From Marsupella aquatica (lineage: Eukaryota > Plantae > Marchantiophyta), in NCBI GenBank assembly GCA_973895155.1, contig OZ316894.1:5728944-5792943 (forward strand): a stretch of DNA of 64,000 nt, written 5' to 3'. This document shows, piece by piece, positions 25,669-37,700 of the stretch (position 1 is its first letter; the number at the start of each line of letters is the position of its first letter). The notes beneath the pieces are model-generated. The model was not told where the DNA came from. It ran no database searches and was given only the letters and a program-made list of their open reading frames with translations. Made by a program: the position numbers and the translations under genes.

Positions 25669-27481
25669 TCGAAATTAAATATTAATGATAACTTTTTACT
25701 TCACGAGATCTTTCACATAACAATGTCTTGAGCATCTTTGTTCATTATGACATGTTTTGGCAAGGCACTAGTGTTAGGCTAGTCGGACATTAAATCTGTA
25801 GTGGCAATGATTAGTTCAAGAATTGTTCCTTCCTCTTACCTCGTAATACCGATTGCCTAGATTCAAATTACATTTGGCAGCGGACATCGTCACTCGTGCC
25901 TCTGTTGTACTGAAAAACAAGACTACTCGGCCAACCAGGACAACTATGGTGCAATTGGGGCTCCATCAGTTCAACTACAGTGAACGTTCCGAGAGGTGAA
26001 CAATTAGCACTGTCACAAGTCCCACGGAAGCAGGGTTTACAGAGCTTCTTCCAGATCTGAAGGCATGGAGGATTTGTGGTTTCCTATGATTTTAATGCTT
26101 CGGATGGACCAACCACAAGCAAAAGATGGGTCCCAGAAGAGCAGAGAAGGAACTGCCAAACAATGGCTCAGCTTTGTTGATGTTTCTTTCCAACACACTC
26201 CCCATGGTATTGTGGAGTGATAGAAGCTGGGCCTTCTTTGACACACGACAAGATAGCACTCAGATTCCTTCACATCACATTTGATTCTGTTGATTTTAAT
26301 ACAATCTGCGCACAAGATAAGAAATGTATACTACGTAGATGCGACATCTCACTATCAGAAGCTAAATTGAATCTTTCAACCTTCAGATACATTAAATTAG
26401 TCCGCAGAAGGGAAGCTTACAAGTGAGATCACCACTTCATTGGATCACCAATATGAGATCATATTCGTCAACATCTCTAAGCATGCCAGAACTAACTATG
26501 GGAAACAACATCTTTTCCGTGCTTCACAACTGGGAGGCATTGCAGACCTGCCGTTGGGTACTCAAGGTTTTCCACTTAATCAGCCCAGTTTCAGTTTAAC
26601 ACTTTAAAGAAAAAGGTTGAAGACGATCCAGCTTTTACTTTTACAGTCAAATAAGCAGTTTTAGTTCAGTTTTATCGACCTGAATAAGCCAGATTCTTCT
26701 TTCGAAGAATGTCATAATGCAAGAATATTTCATGCTTAGGCAAGGGGATAAAAAAGACGCCAGGTTTCTCTTGTTTCAGAGAGGTGATCGACAACTGACT
26801 TAGGAACCTGGACTCTCTCGCTGTGCTTGACGACAATCTCATGGTCGGTTCCCTTTGATTCAGCTGCAGTGCACCTCCCTACCCCACAAGAATGTTCCTG
26901 ATTTCCTCCAAAGTTTGGGCTCCACCCTGCTTCACAGAAACGTGAAACTCGGTCAGGCCAACATGACTTTCACACCACAAGTAAACCCCATCCTTGATTT
27001 GGCTATACACGTCTAAATGTTTCAGAAGGGATCCTTTAAAAGAATGAATTCGTTCCAACCCAGCATCTAAGAGACTAAAGAGATCACATTGGAAGGTCCA
27101 CAAATGCATATCATTTGCATCCCACTGACTAAGAAAACCAAGAAAACCCATATCACGCTTTCAAATGAGTAACAAAACACGGGTTATTTCATCTCTTTCA
27201 ACAAATTGCAAAGTCTTTTGATCTACAAGATTCCTTAACAGACCCCAGACCGAAGTTAAATAAAACAGGGGGTACCTGATCTGTTAAAGATCCCAGTGAA
27301 AAGCTTCGTGTTGAATTGAAAGTTGATCACTCAACGAATAGGAAGGAATAGCCTGTGATCTGCCAGCCTACGGAGTCAGGACACTGCAATTATAGCACCT
27401 GGTCCAGCACAGTTATCATCTACGTAGAGCTGGAAACCACAATTGCAGTCCAAACACCTGAAAAGGGAACAGAAAATTCAG

Positions 27482-28477
27482 TCACGAAATGAATCCGTGT
27501 TCGTGAAGGAGCTCTCTTGCTACATTGTTGATGTGTTTGAATCGGTCAGGTCCCAGCAGAGTGCCACCATACCAACGTGAGACGACAACCGTTACATTCC
27601 GACACTTGCAGACCTCCAGAAGGTGCAACAATCTTCCTCCAGCTGCATTCTCACCATCATCATCACAATCCGAAATCGTCAATTCCCCATCAATCGCATG
27701 CTTCCCACCCTTGCCAGCCGCAGCTGCAGCGCGCTGCTGCACAATTCTGTAAGCTGAGATGTTGTGAGTGGCCCTGGCAATCTTCCCATTTGAGAGCAAA
27801 TACCGTTTGACCCTCTCCACCTCTTCCAGTGATGTTACAGGTGCAATGTGGGCGACGAAAACGGATTTCCGGTCAATCAGTGGTTCTTTAGAATGGTACA
27901 CTGGAGGCAAATTGGTCAGCTCTGGCCTTTCCTCCTTCTGAAGTGGCTCCACTCCTTCGCTGGAGCCATCTAACCCTGTAGATTGCAAGACCGACAAGGA
28001 GGACAATTCCTCTGCCATTCGCTGCTCTTCAATTCGGTGACGGACAAGGATTTCTGGGTGCTGGTCGAGATGGGTCCGCCACGAACTCTCCAGCCAGTCC
28101 CTTAGCCATTCAATCCACTCGAAGAGTACCACGCCGTGCTCCTCGCTGCCATTGCTCACTGCAGTGGCGTCGAACATGTCCTGCAGCTCCGCTTTGAGCA
28201 CGGTGCGATGCGCGTCCGTGATCCAAGCCGGTTCGCCATACGCTTCCTTCAATTCGTAGACCGGGGGCTCACTTCTTGGATACGTTGGTGGCAGGTCGAT
28301 TGTGAAAACGGCGATTGTCTTTGGTAGATGTTCCCCTAACTCTATGGAGTAGCGGACCAAGTAGGCGATCTGATCGTTTCTTCCTGTTTCCACTTCCTTG
28401 AGAAAATCTTCTGTGTAGATTGATGTCAGAGCCAGCTTCTCCTCCTCCTGCGATTGTCTGTTGTTTTTCTCCATCAT
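27482..28477 (-). CDS. IMPACT: IMPACT/Yih1 homolog (N-terminal RWD domain + UPF0029 domain), putative GCN1-binding inhibitor of GCN2
   Basis: RWD motifs EEEKLALTSIY, LPPTYPRSEPP and VVLFEWIEWL, and UPF0029 motifs DRKSVFVAH, ATHNISAYR, DCDDDGENAAGGRLLHLL and VVVSRWYGGTLLGPDRFKHI. The first ATG in the conserved frame is at 28477. A spliced upstream start at 28648 is also possible. Confidence 0.93.
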   Translation of the reverse strand: MMEKNNRQSQEEEKLALTSIYTEDFLKEVETGRNDQIAYLVRYSIELGEHLPKTIAVFTIDLPPTYPRSEPPVYELKEAYGEPAWITDAHRTVLKAELQDMFDATAVSNGSEEHGVVLFEWIEWLRDWLESSWRTHLDQHPEILVRHRIEEQRMAEELSSLSVLQSTGLDGSSEGVEPLQKEERPELTNLPPVYHSKEPLIDRKSVFVAHIAPVTSLEEVERVKRYLLSNGKIARATHNISAYRIVQQRAAAAAGKGGKHAIDGELTISDCDDDGENAAGGRLLHLLEVCKCRNVTVVVSRWYGGTLLGPDRFKHINNVARELLHEHGFIS

Positions 28478-28770
28478 CAGACCTTTCAAGAATTTGATCT
28501 TTCTTTTCTTCCTCCTGAGAAATTGTCTATTGCCCCCTGCCAAACCTCACCTCTGGACAAAAATGTCTTTCATTCCGCTGCTGAGATTATCTGTTGTCCT
28601 CCACAACCCTCACCTCTGCACAAAATTTGCTCTCATTTCCTCAGCCATAGCTAAATCACCAGAGCCGCCCATCAGAGAGCTATCAGAGCCAAACCCAATT
28701 CTTCAGTAGGGCGTTTAGAATCGACGAACTGCCCTTAGTCACTTAAGTAGTAGAGTCCGTGAGTGTGGAC

Positions 28771-29202
28771 TTCGAGTGATATTCCTCGGGTGAATACTCA
28801 CCATTAGAATGTACACCATAGCTCATTGGAAAGAGGATTACATAAGCTTTCTAAGAAGCCAGTGTTCGCTTGATTCTGATCAATTTGAGAAAGATATGAG
28901 CCCCGCAAGCCACACGGTCTTGTTCGCCCATCCGTGTTCGCAAGCCAAAATTCGACGTGTGTTGCCAGCAAGTACTCCTCCCGTCGCGTGTCCCATACTT
29001 GGGTTCCGAGTGATATTTCTCGGTGAATGAGTCACCATTGGAAGGTACCCATAGCTCATTGGAAGGAGGATTACATAAGCTTTCTAACAAGCCAATGTTC
29101 GTTTGATTTACATCAGATCTGAGAAAGGTCTGAGCCCCACAAGCCGCAGACATCAATGTTTTCGTTTTCCCACCCGTGGTAGGAAACCAAATTTCGAGTG
29201 TG
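28771..29202. repeat. Diverged ~233-bp tandem duplication upstream of IMPACT
   Basis: cgagtgatatt..ctcgg..tgaat...ccatagctcattggaa.gaggattacataagctttctaa...gagcccc.caagcc occurs at 28771 and 29004. Confidence 0.85.
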
Positions 29203-32200
29203 CAAAGGTTTCAAGGAGGGTCAAAAGCCCATAATGGGGTTTTCTGACAGTTCTTAGGTTTGACACGCCAATTACGCCAATTAATTACGGGACTCTTCAT
29301 TTGTAGAATTGTAGCATTCATTTTTCGACGCGTCCCCGGTATTAGCACATCAAAAAGCCAGATCAGTATTTAGAATAGCATTTAGTGCTTTAAAACATAT
29401 ATATTGTATGAATGATATATATTGACACAATACACCATATGTGGTCACACATTTTGATGTAATTACCATATATTTTCATGTGAAATTACATAGATGTACA
29501 GTAGTTTTTTGACAAATCCCAGATTTTTCACTGTTTCCCATAAATGCAGATCAGGAGCATCACCCAAATGAAACACTTGGCATGTGCCACGCGTTTGGAC
29601 AAATTTTTGATACCATATAAATTAGATTACGTTGTTGTATTGGTGAGTGTTGTTTGTTCTGTGTATCAGGCTGTTGTTTGATGTATAGTAACTACTGGGA
29701 TGAGTTTGACCCACCCTAAAACTAATACAGACTTAAAATTGCAGCCCAATGATTTAGTAGGACAGTCAGAACAAAATTCATAGTTCAATTCGTCCCTAAG
29801 TAAGGTCCTTCACCTGGCCTGTCTCCATCTATACTTTTGTCACTTTAAGTGGTGTGCTTTGCTTTGTAACTAAAATACTCAAACCCAACAGGAAGGGGGC
29901 ATCCCATACTTTTCATCATTACAAGCACTGTAGATCAATTCCAGTGCCCAAAGCAGACCTTGCTATATAATTGATGACACCAGAAATTGGGTGCATATTT
30001 AAAGATGTTTTGGAATCTCACACAATGATGTCTATATCAGGCATTTATGGTGAAAATCTTACCATGTAATGCTTTTCACCAGTTAGTGTTAAATTAAACT
30101 ACTCATAACTTAAATCAGAGCAACAAAACTCTATAACCAAGATTACACTTAAATCAGAGCAATAAAACTGTAGCTGCATTCCCCTTCCTATGAGTAAGAT
30201 GCTTCCCACAAAACTCTATAACCAAGATTATTTAAATGAAAGCAACATTTGTACAAGATCAAAATCCATAAGAATAATTAGCATGGATGCTCACAACATG
30301 TATGCAACAACAACACCTGTAGCAATGATACACTTTTGAGATGACAACATATTGACTAGAACAACACTTTCACATTGACAACACTACAACACTGGGCATT
30401 GGGATAGCCTAACTAATTGTAATATACATTTTGCAGGGCAAACGCCCCAAAAGCCTTGTCTTCATTATACAAACTTCAAAATGGGAGGGCAAAAGCATGT
30501 TTGTCTTGTTAAACATTTACTCCTGGGTCTAGACTTACCATGTAAAATCATAGTTAGTCTAATTGTAGTCAGATACTTGACTAAGGTCAGATGTATGTGC
30601 CATTATTGTTTCACTGGCTTCGCTAGTACACTTAGGCTCATTGTTTTGAGAGATAGAAGAGCTTAGTCGATGAAGACTATTAAGCATTTACTTTTGGGTC
30701 TGGAATTATTATATAGTGGCAATTAGTCTAATTGTAGTCAGGTACTTGCTTTTGCTTAGAAATGTAAAGTTTGTTATATTCACTCCCATATTCACTGGCA
30801 AGATATAATTAATGAGTGAAACTTAAGCTCATTATTACATACCCATTCAGGAGACAGGGAGAGTTTATTCTCTTGAGACTCAATATGGCGATGCATGTAG
30901 AGTTCACATTACAACTACATGTTCCCATGGACATAGTCTTGGGAGAGGTGAACCACATATAATTTGTGTCAACTATTTGTGTGTTTGTTTGATGTTGCAT
31001 ATGTGCATGGTGTCTTGGAGTAGCGGTCACTTTCTCAGCACGTCTGATTTGTGAGGGAAACTTTTTGGATTATTAATGTACCAAAACGGGTAAATTTTGT
31101 ATAGCGTAAGAGGAGTGTTGCACATATAGCCTTCCCTGTATTGTTATTATTCCTTTTCCCCTCACCTTAGTAGCCTTCTTTGTCTTGGCCAAGGTTCACC
31201 CTCCCACATGCGGATCACCTTGCCTAGGTCAGTGTAGCCCTGAGGTTGACCTTGTTCTAGCATAAGCCCTCAAATTGGCTCTCGGATTGTTGTTATGTTG
31301 TTGTTGCTCATCCTTCCCCAATCTGGAACTGCCTCCCCTCCCATGCCTTAATCTCATGGGCTGCACATTTTTCATCACTCTTTTCTGCGAATCATACTGG
31401 ATGCTACCTATCAATGTACTTGTGCTTCATGTGGTGCCTTTTTCATGCATCTTTGGCTACAGTTGAATCTAACCATAAACTTGCTCAACCAGGCATGACT
31501 AGTGACTCTTTCTTGATAAATGTGGCAGGACATGAGAAAAGAAGCATCAAACAAAAATTTTGCATCCAGATTGATGTAAATTGTTTTTCAAAACAAGCAC
31601 CTGTGCATACAAAGTCATATGTTTACGGACAGGTCTTGCGGTAAGACAACCTTCTTGCACATTTTGAGCAAGGTTCCAGGGGTATTGGTACTCTGCCTCC
31701 CACCCTTGCAGTGATGACAATTTTAGACATTGAGTGAAGGGTAGGATTTAATGCAGAGCTTCAGACCCAATACAAGTTCTATCATGCAGGAGGTGTACCC
31801 CCAATGAGAGATGTACATGCATTTCAATAAAACCTATCTCCTGCATTCATAGGCTCCCTCACCCCCTACTTGCTCTCACTTTGCACATGTAATTGACGCC
31901 AGGGAATGTTTGGAACTGCTCATACCCTCTTCCCCCTCTCATTTATCCTTGAATTCAACTGTCCTTTCCTCTCGCAATGACAACTGTTTTCCAATGGCAC
32001 TATCCATAATGTCAACACTTTCCACAATGATAGCTTGTGTGCAACAACAACACTTAAGTAACAATAGCAGTTTTGGGAAAACAACCATTTCCACAATATA
32101 ACACTTTTTCCTTGAAATGAGTACTTTACTTATAGGAAAAATAAAACCCAATAAAAATAAAGAACAAACGCATCTAGTCAATAGGGAAAAGGAATATATC

Positions 32201-34757
32201 ACACATGTATGCAACTACTGGTGTATCACATATAAACTTTAGTAGGGAGAACTACAACTATCCAGGGACCACAACAAAAGAAATGTGAATCCAAGGAAAT
32301 CCCACTAATCTACACTCAAGGTCGGTCAAAGGCTCAAAGAGGATGAAGCTCCACCAGAAATATCCCATCAACAAAAGAGAAAAGACCTCCATCACTACCA
32401 TAATACGATATAGCACTTTACAAACAACCTTTGGTAACAAAGATTTTTAACAACTCACAGTCATTGTAATAGAATTAGCTTTCTTCAGTCCCCTATCCTG
32501 ATATTAGTTCCCATTTTAGTTTTTCTATTTTGCTGACACTTTTTCAGTAAATATGGTTCTCCTATTGATTAAAAGTTGGCCATGCTTAAAGAGATTTTTT
32601 CTGTAGTCCTCTCTGTAGTTATCCACTAGCCTGATTCTCTCCTTTCGACTTCAATCATTGCTGAGAATAAAACTAGTGCTCAGAATAAAACTACTGTAGT
32701 TGTCATGGTCTAAACGCTTCATTCTAGGCCGTTGCCCCTACTTTAGCTTCCATTCAGGCTTATAGTAAGATTTTTGTTTCCTTGACACTTCATGAGCAAT
32801 ATGGTCCTAAAAAAAGAAGTAATGTTGTTCTCCTTTGGACTCAATCAAAAGGTGGCCCTACCATGACTAAAGCAGAAAAGGTACAATACAAATGAGACCA
32901 GTATATACTCAAAAAATACGGTACGATTATTGTACAATACCCCGTAACTTTCGATGCTCCATACGCACGGGTATACAAGTCCCGTACGACGCGCCGTATC
33001 CGCCGGGAGTTCAGCGGTCCGTAGCATTGTATTTATTGGTCCAGTACTGTACTGTAATATACTGTACTCCCTGTAGTCCAGTACTGTACCGCAGTATATC
33101 GTTGGGCCCTCTTGCCGTCTTTCTCCTGTCTCTCGCCCTCCCATTGGCTAGGGTTTGAAATTTGGGGGCCTGTTCCTTTCCTGCCTTCTTCCTTTCCTTC
33201 GTGCGAAGCGCAGACGAACTACAGCCCTCAGCCCTCTGCTCTCTGCTCTGCTCTGCTCTGCTCTCGTCGTCGGTGGTCCGATGCTCGAGAGTGAAGCTTT
33301 TTGCACTGTAGTTGTAGACCAGTAGTCGCCTCCGACTCTCCGTGCGAGGAGGAATTGAGCGAGTGAGCGAGCGAGCGAGCGAGGAAGCAGTGAGAGGTTG
33401 TGGTCGCCCTTTCTGTGCGTGGTTGTGGAGCTTCTTGGACGGAGGAATGGGCCCGGAGGAGTGGCCTTTTTCCTGGCCTCGATGAAATTCTCTTTTGAGA
33501 AAATGGGCGCTTTTCGTGCATGGGCTTTTTGGCCTTGAAGCCGTTGATTGTTTTGCAATTGTTGCCCTCCGGAAAGCGAACTGTACCTTTTTGGGTGGGC
33601 AGTGGGAGAGGAGGAGCTGATTGCGTGAGTCGCGGAGGTTGTTGTTAGGCCAATGCTGGCGGTGTTCGCGTGAAGTGGAATGACGCGGAAGGGAGGGGCT
33701 TGTGTGTCTGGAGCCGGTTGATGTTGTGTTTGATTTGTGAAAGGAAGCGGAGAGGACCCGAATGCGTGTGTGACCAAGCCATTGCTGGAGGTGCGCACTG
33801 AGAGTGCAAACGACAATGCGGAAAGGAGGAGGGCCTCTTTCTTTGGAAGCCGGTCCTTTTGTTTTTGGTGCGTTCTGGTAGGAATCGGCGCTTTACATTG
33901 TGTGTATTTGGAGGGATTGAGCTGAAGGCAGGAGTAAGTGACATGAGTTTGTTACATCAGTCGCAGAGAGACTTGAGGACGTTAGGAGGCATTGGGCAAC
34001 AATAATGGTTAGGGCGGAGGTTCTTCGTCCGGAAGCCGTGGATGATGTTGCTGTTGCCTGATGATAGAAATCTGCACTACGTATGCTATGGAGTAAATGA
34101 GCCTAATGCATTAGTGAGTGACGTGAGTTTAATTAGTTTGTATGCACAGTAGCAGAGGAGGTCGCGACGACGTATTTACTGTGCAATGTCTGATGCGGTC
34201 GTTTAAATTGTTTAATTTTTGAACAGAATGGTGGTGGAAAGCAAGACTTTGATTTATGTATGTCTCCGACCTACGATACCGACGGTGTGAACACCATTTG
34301 GATGATGCGTGGGTGGGGCTGTTCTGCTCGTCCTGAATACTCATGATCTGAGAAATAAGGAAGAGCCAGCAGAAAAGCAGTAGAACAGGCATTGAGGGAA
34401 AAGCAGTGGAACAGGCATCGAGGGAGGGAGCCAAGAAAGTACCGTATGGTTTCGTCCATTGGCGGTGGTTGTGGTGGGCGGGTTGTCTCCCGATTGATTG
34501 TGGCGGACTGTCCGTGGCATCATGGCTACTTTTCGTATGGAGGAGGTGTTGAAAAGATGAAAGTTAATGTGACTGCGTTTCGGCCATCTAAATTTGGAGC
34601 GAGAAGGTTTAGGTCATTTCTCTATGGGCAACGTTGGAGGGATGTCCAAGGTTAGGTGCGGTAGGTAGGGTATGGATGTAGGCCTCGAGGAGGAGGAGGA
34701 GGAATAGTTGGTTGCCAGTAGACAGTGGAAGAAGGTTGCGGGGCGTAGTCTGTAGCC

Positions 34758-37700
34758 ATGGAGGCCAACATCGTGGCGGCGTTGGCCATCTCGAAGGAAA
34801 AGGAGATGCTGCTGCAGAAGGAGAGGGAGAGGGAGAGGGAAAAGGAGAAGGAGCGGGAGGGGGAAATGGAGGCCGCGTTGTACTCCAATTGCTTGCTACT
34901 GGGTCTGGATGCAGCTGTTCTTGGGCAAAGCGTTGGAACCAGAGTGGGCCTCTTCAAGCATTCTAACCCGCGCGTCGGGGAAGCACTGCTGCATTTTCTT
35001 CTGAGTGCGTTGCGTGGTCCTTCACTCTCTGCCAAGGCAAGTACCCATATCTTGTTCGTCATCTCCTTCGGTGTCAGTTGTAAGAGCGGCATCCTATGTG
35101 CAATGTGGGCTCTCGTAAGGGTTTAGGTGTCCATAATGGACCTTGTACATTGCAGGTTCGAATAGCATCTCCCCACGATTGTCGACGATCGGCTAGCGTA
35201 AGCGATGGGAAGAATGTGTGGATGTACTATGCCGATTCTGTAGTATTTTAATTAAGGTCTTTTGTGTTTTGGTCACCCATATGTTTAATTCAAAGGGAAA
35301 CTCCCCTTCGATGAGAAAATTGCTTTATCAATTTTCTACTCGCAATGTCTATGGTGCAGCAGTTTCATCGTCTTCCCTTCAGATCTCCTTTCCATCAGTG
35401 TATTCCCCCTCCGAAAAATATATGTAGATTCTGGACTGGTTTGCTTTTTTTTGACTTTTAACACAAACATTGCTTCTACTTCAGGCCTTCTATGGTCACC
35501 TTTACTTTCAGTACGCAGTTGGGTGTACTTACCGAGCTTAGTATACTTTTCCCTTTATCATAAAATATATACTGCCGAAATTATTAAGTGCACATTGCGG
35601 GATGAGCTCACTATTTATCGATGAAATGGCTTCGGTGGACCGAATGTCACTTGCACAAGCACAGAATTTAACTGTCTCACGTCAGTAGGAATTTTATCCA
35701 CGTCTCTACCTCGTACGATCAATGTGTGCTGGTAAGTGGAAGGGGGGATGATTCCTGAACGAAGTGGTCAGTGTGCCGCGCTAAGAGCTATCTGTCACGG
35801 CAGGTTCTACCTCATGTTGGCTGTGGCATATATCGGGAAGGAAGTGGAGAGAGATCTTTCAATCAATTGAACTCTCTAAATACTTGGGAATCAAAAGATT
35901 ACAAACATGAATGGGTCGTACAAGAACCCTATCCCTGGCTATGAAAGATATGAGATAGTCAATTCGACCCCATTCTTCGAGCACTTGCATCTTGGATTTG
36001 CCCTATTTTCTGTGTCTTTTAATACAGTCGGTTCTTTAGAGACAGTCCTCCACCAGCTTTCCCTTGGTACTGTTTGACAACTGACCCGTACGTAGACAGT
36101 CCTCAACGAACGCAGTGTTTCTCCCCTTTGGAACATACTAAAATGGTTTATTTCCAAGAAGCTAGTGTGTGCCGAGTTAGCTAATGTTTATCTAACCAAT
36201 TCTATTGGTTGGTTTTCTACCAGGACTTTGCTGGCGTTTGGCCAATATTTGATGCTGCCCAGTCACGAGATTTTCGGAAAGTAAGTCATGTTGATTTAAT
36301 TTTGGCTAGGAACTTCCTACCTGCTCTGCGTGGTTCAGATATTTATCCTAGCATGAAAATGTACATGAAATGTTCATCGCTGAGATGTAAGACGCGTTCA
36401 TAAACTTAAGCCGGAGCTCACTTATTTTACCTTCAAAATTTTGTTCAGATCGTTCAGAATCTTATCAATGAACTGGAGGCACAGGGAGCTTTGCCTCGCA
36501 GCAATTCTCGCGTCTCTTCCCTTGCAACCTGTTGTGGTCAAAGGCACGTGGTCCTCTTTGTCCCTTGATTTTCCGATATGCTCTTATAATTTATAGACGT
36601 AAATGAGTGTTGGAAAAAGCATACATACCGTGCGTGGAAAGATTTACAGAAGAGCAAGCTCAAAAACTCGCTACAAATGACAGACCTGTTACGAAACAGA
36701 AGAATAATTTTGCTTGTGAAAATTACAGATCTGTACGCAACAAAGCAGTAATATTGCTTGTGAACTACACCTTGTCCTAGAGTTTGAAGTAGTTAGATAT
36801 AAAGGAACCTAACATTTTGTTAGGAAGTATGGCCTTCTCTATTCTGAACATAAGTTCCCTGAGAGTTGTTCGTCCATGCTTTTCTCTTGTACTTTGTGAT
36901 CAGTCATCAGTTCATTTTCAGAAGAGTGTTTGACTTTAGAGTCACTGCGCAGATTTGTCGAACTTTTGTGGCAACTTTCCGCTCACACATTGCGAGAAGT
37001 CCACAAGCGGAGTTTTCCGGCCGATGTTGCAGCAAATCCACTACCAGCATCTCTGACGGAAGTTGTCTCGCAGAACTCCCATGCAGCCTCTCTCCTTCCT
37101 GTCACAAAGGTACCTATGGGGTGCAGACTTTTGTGTTAGTAATTGCTCAGAAGCCAATAGTAAATGTCTTTTATAGTCACTTAGGACTGTTTCATGCCAT
37201 AGATTCTGCAACAAGACAGTTCTGCCTCCACACTGGATTCTCTAAGATGTGACATCATCGTTCAAGAAAGAAGGATTTTGTGTGGTCCACTGAAGCGTAT
37301 TCGCCGTCATTTTGCAATTTCTTCGATAGGCCCGGATAGCTTTGGAGCGGAAGCGGTTTGTGGAAGGAGCTTCAGCAGCTGTGCGCAGGCAAGCCCTGTG
37401 GTCCAGCCTTGCCAATGACTTGACTGCTGAATTTCGGGCTTTGTGTGCTGAAGAGGTACCAAGCCTATTTTGATTTTGATGCCACGGGGTCGAGTGCACT
37501 GCGTACATTTGGGTTAGTTGGTGGCTGTGCATTGATGTGACTTGTAGATATATTGAGGTCCATTGTAGTTCCCAAGTAAGGTGACTGGGTCGGGAGAAAA
37601 CTACACGCACGGCTGATGTGAGTGTTGCTGCCATAGAAAAGCACGCAGCAAACTAGTTTAACTGAGTTAGTGGTGTTTAGGGATACGATAGCGATGGACT

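Noticed and set aside
25800-27200. Short minus-strand ORFs downstream of IMPACT
   Set aside because: No recognisable motifs or consistent exon chain were found. It is probably 3' UTR or intergenic DNA.
14615-28648. Orphan fragment + SDR + LRR + IMPACT as one functional or co-transferred cluster
   Set aside because: Two members are decayed, orientations differ, repeats intervene, and nothing in the sequence links their functions.
29300-32800. Transposon relic with a CxxC...TCP fragment (~31630-31680)
   Set aside because: It is probably TE-derived but too decayed to assign a family or boundaries.
33148-33816. 222-aa minus-strand ORF
   Set aside because: It is the antisense of the AUG6 5' leader, with simple-repeat-derived peptide and no domain.
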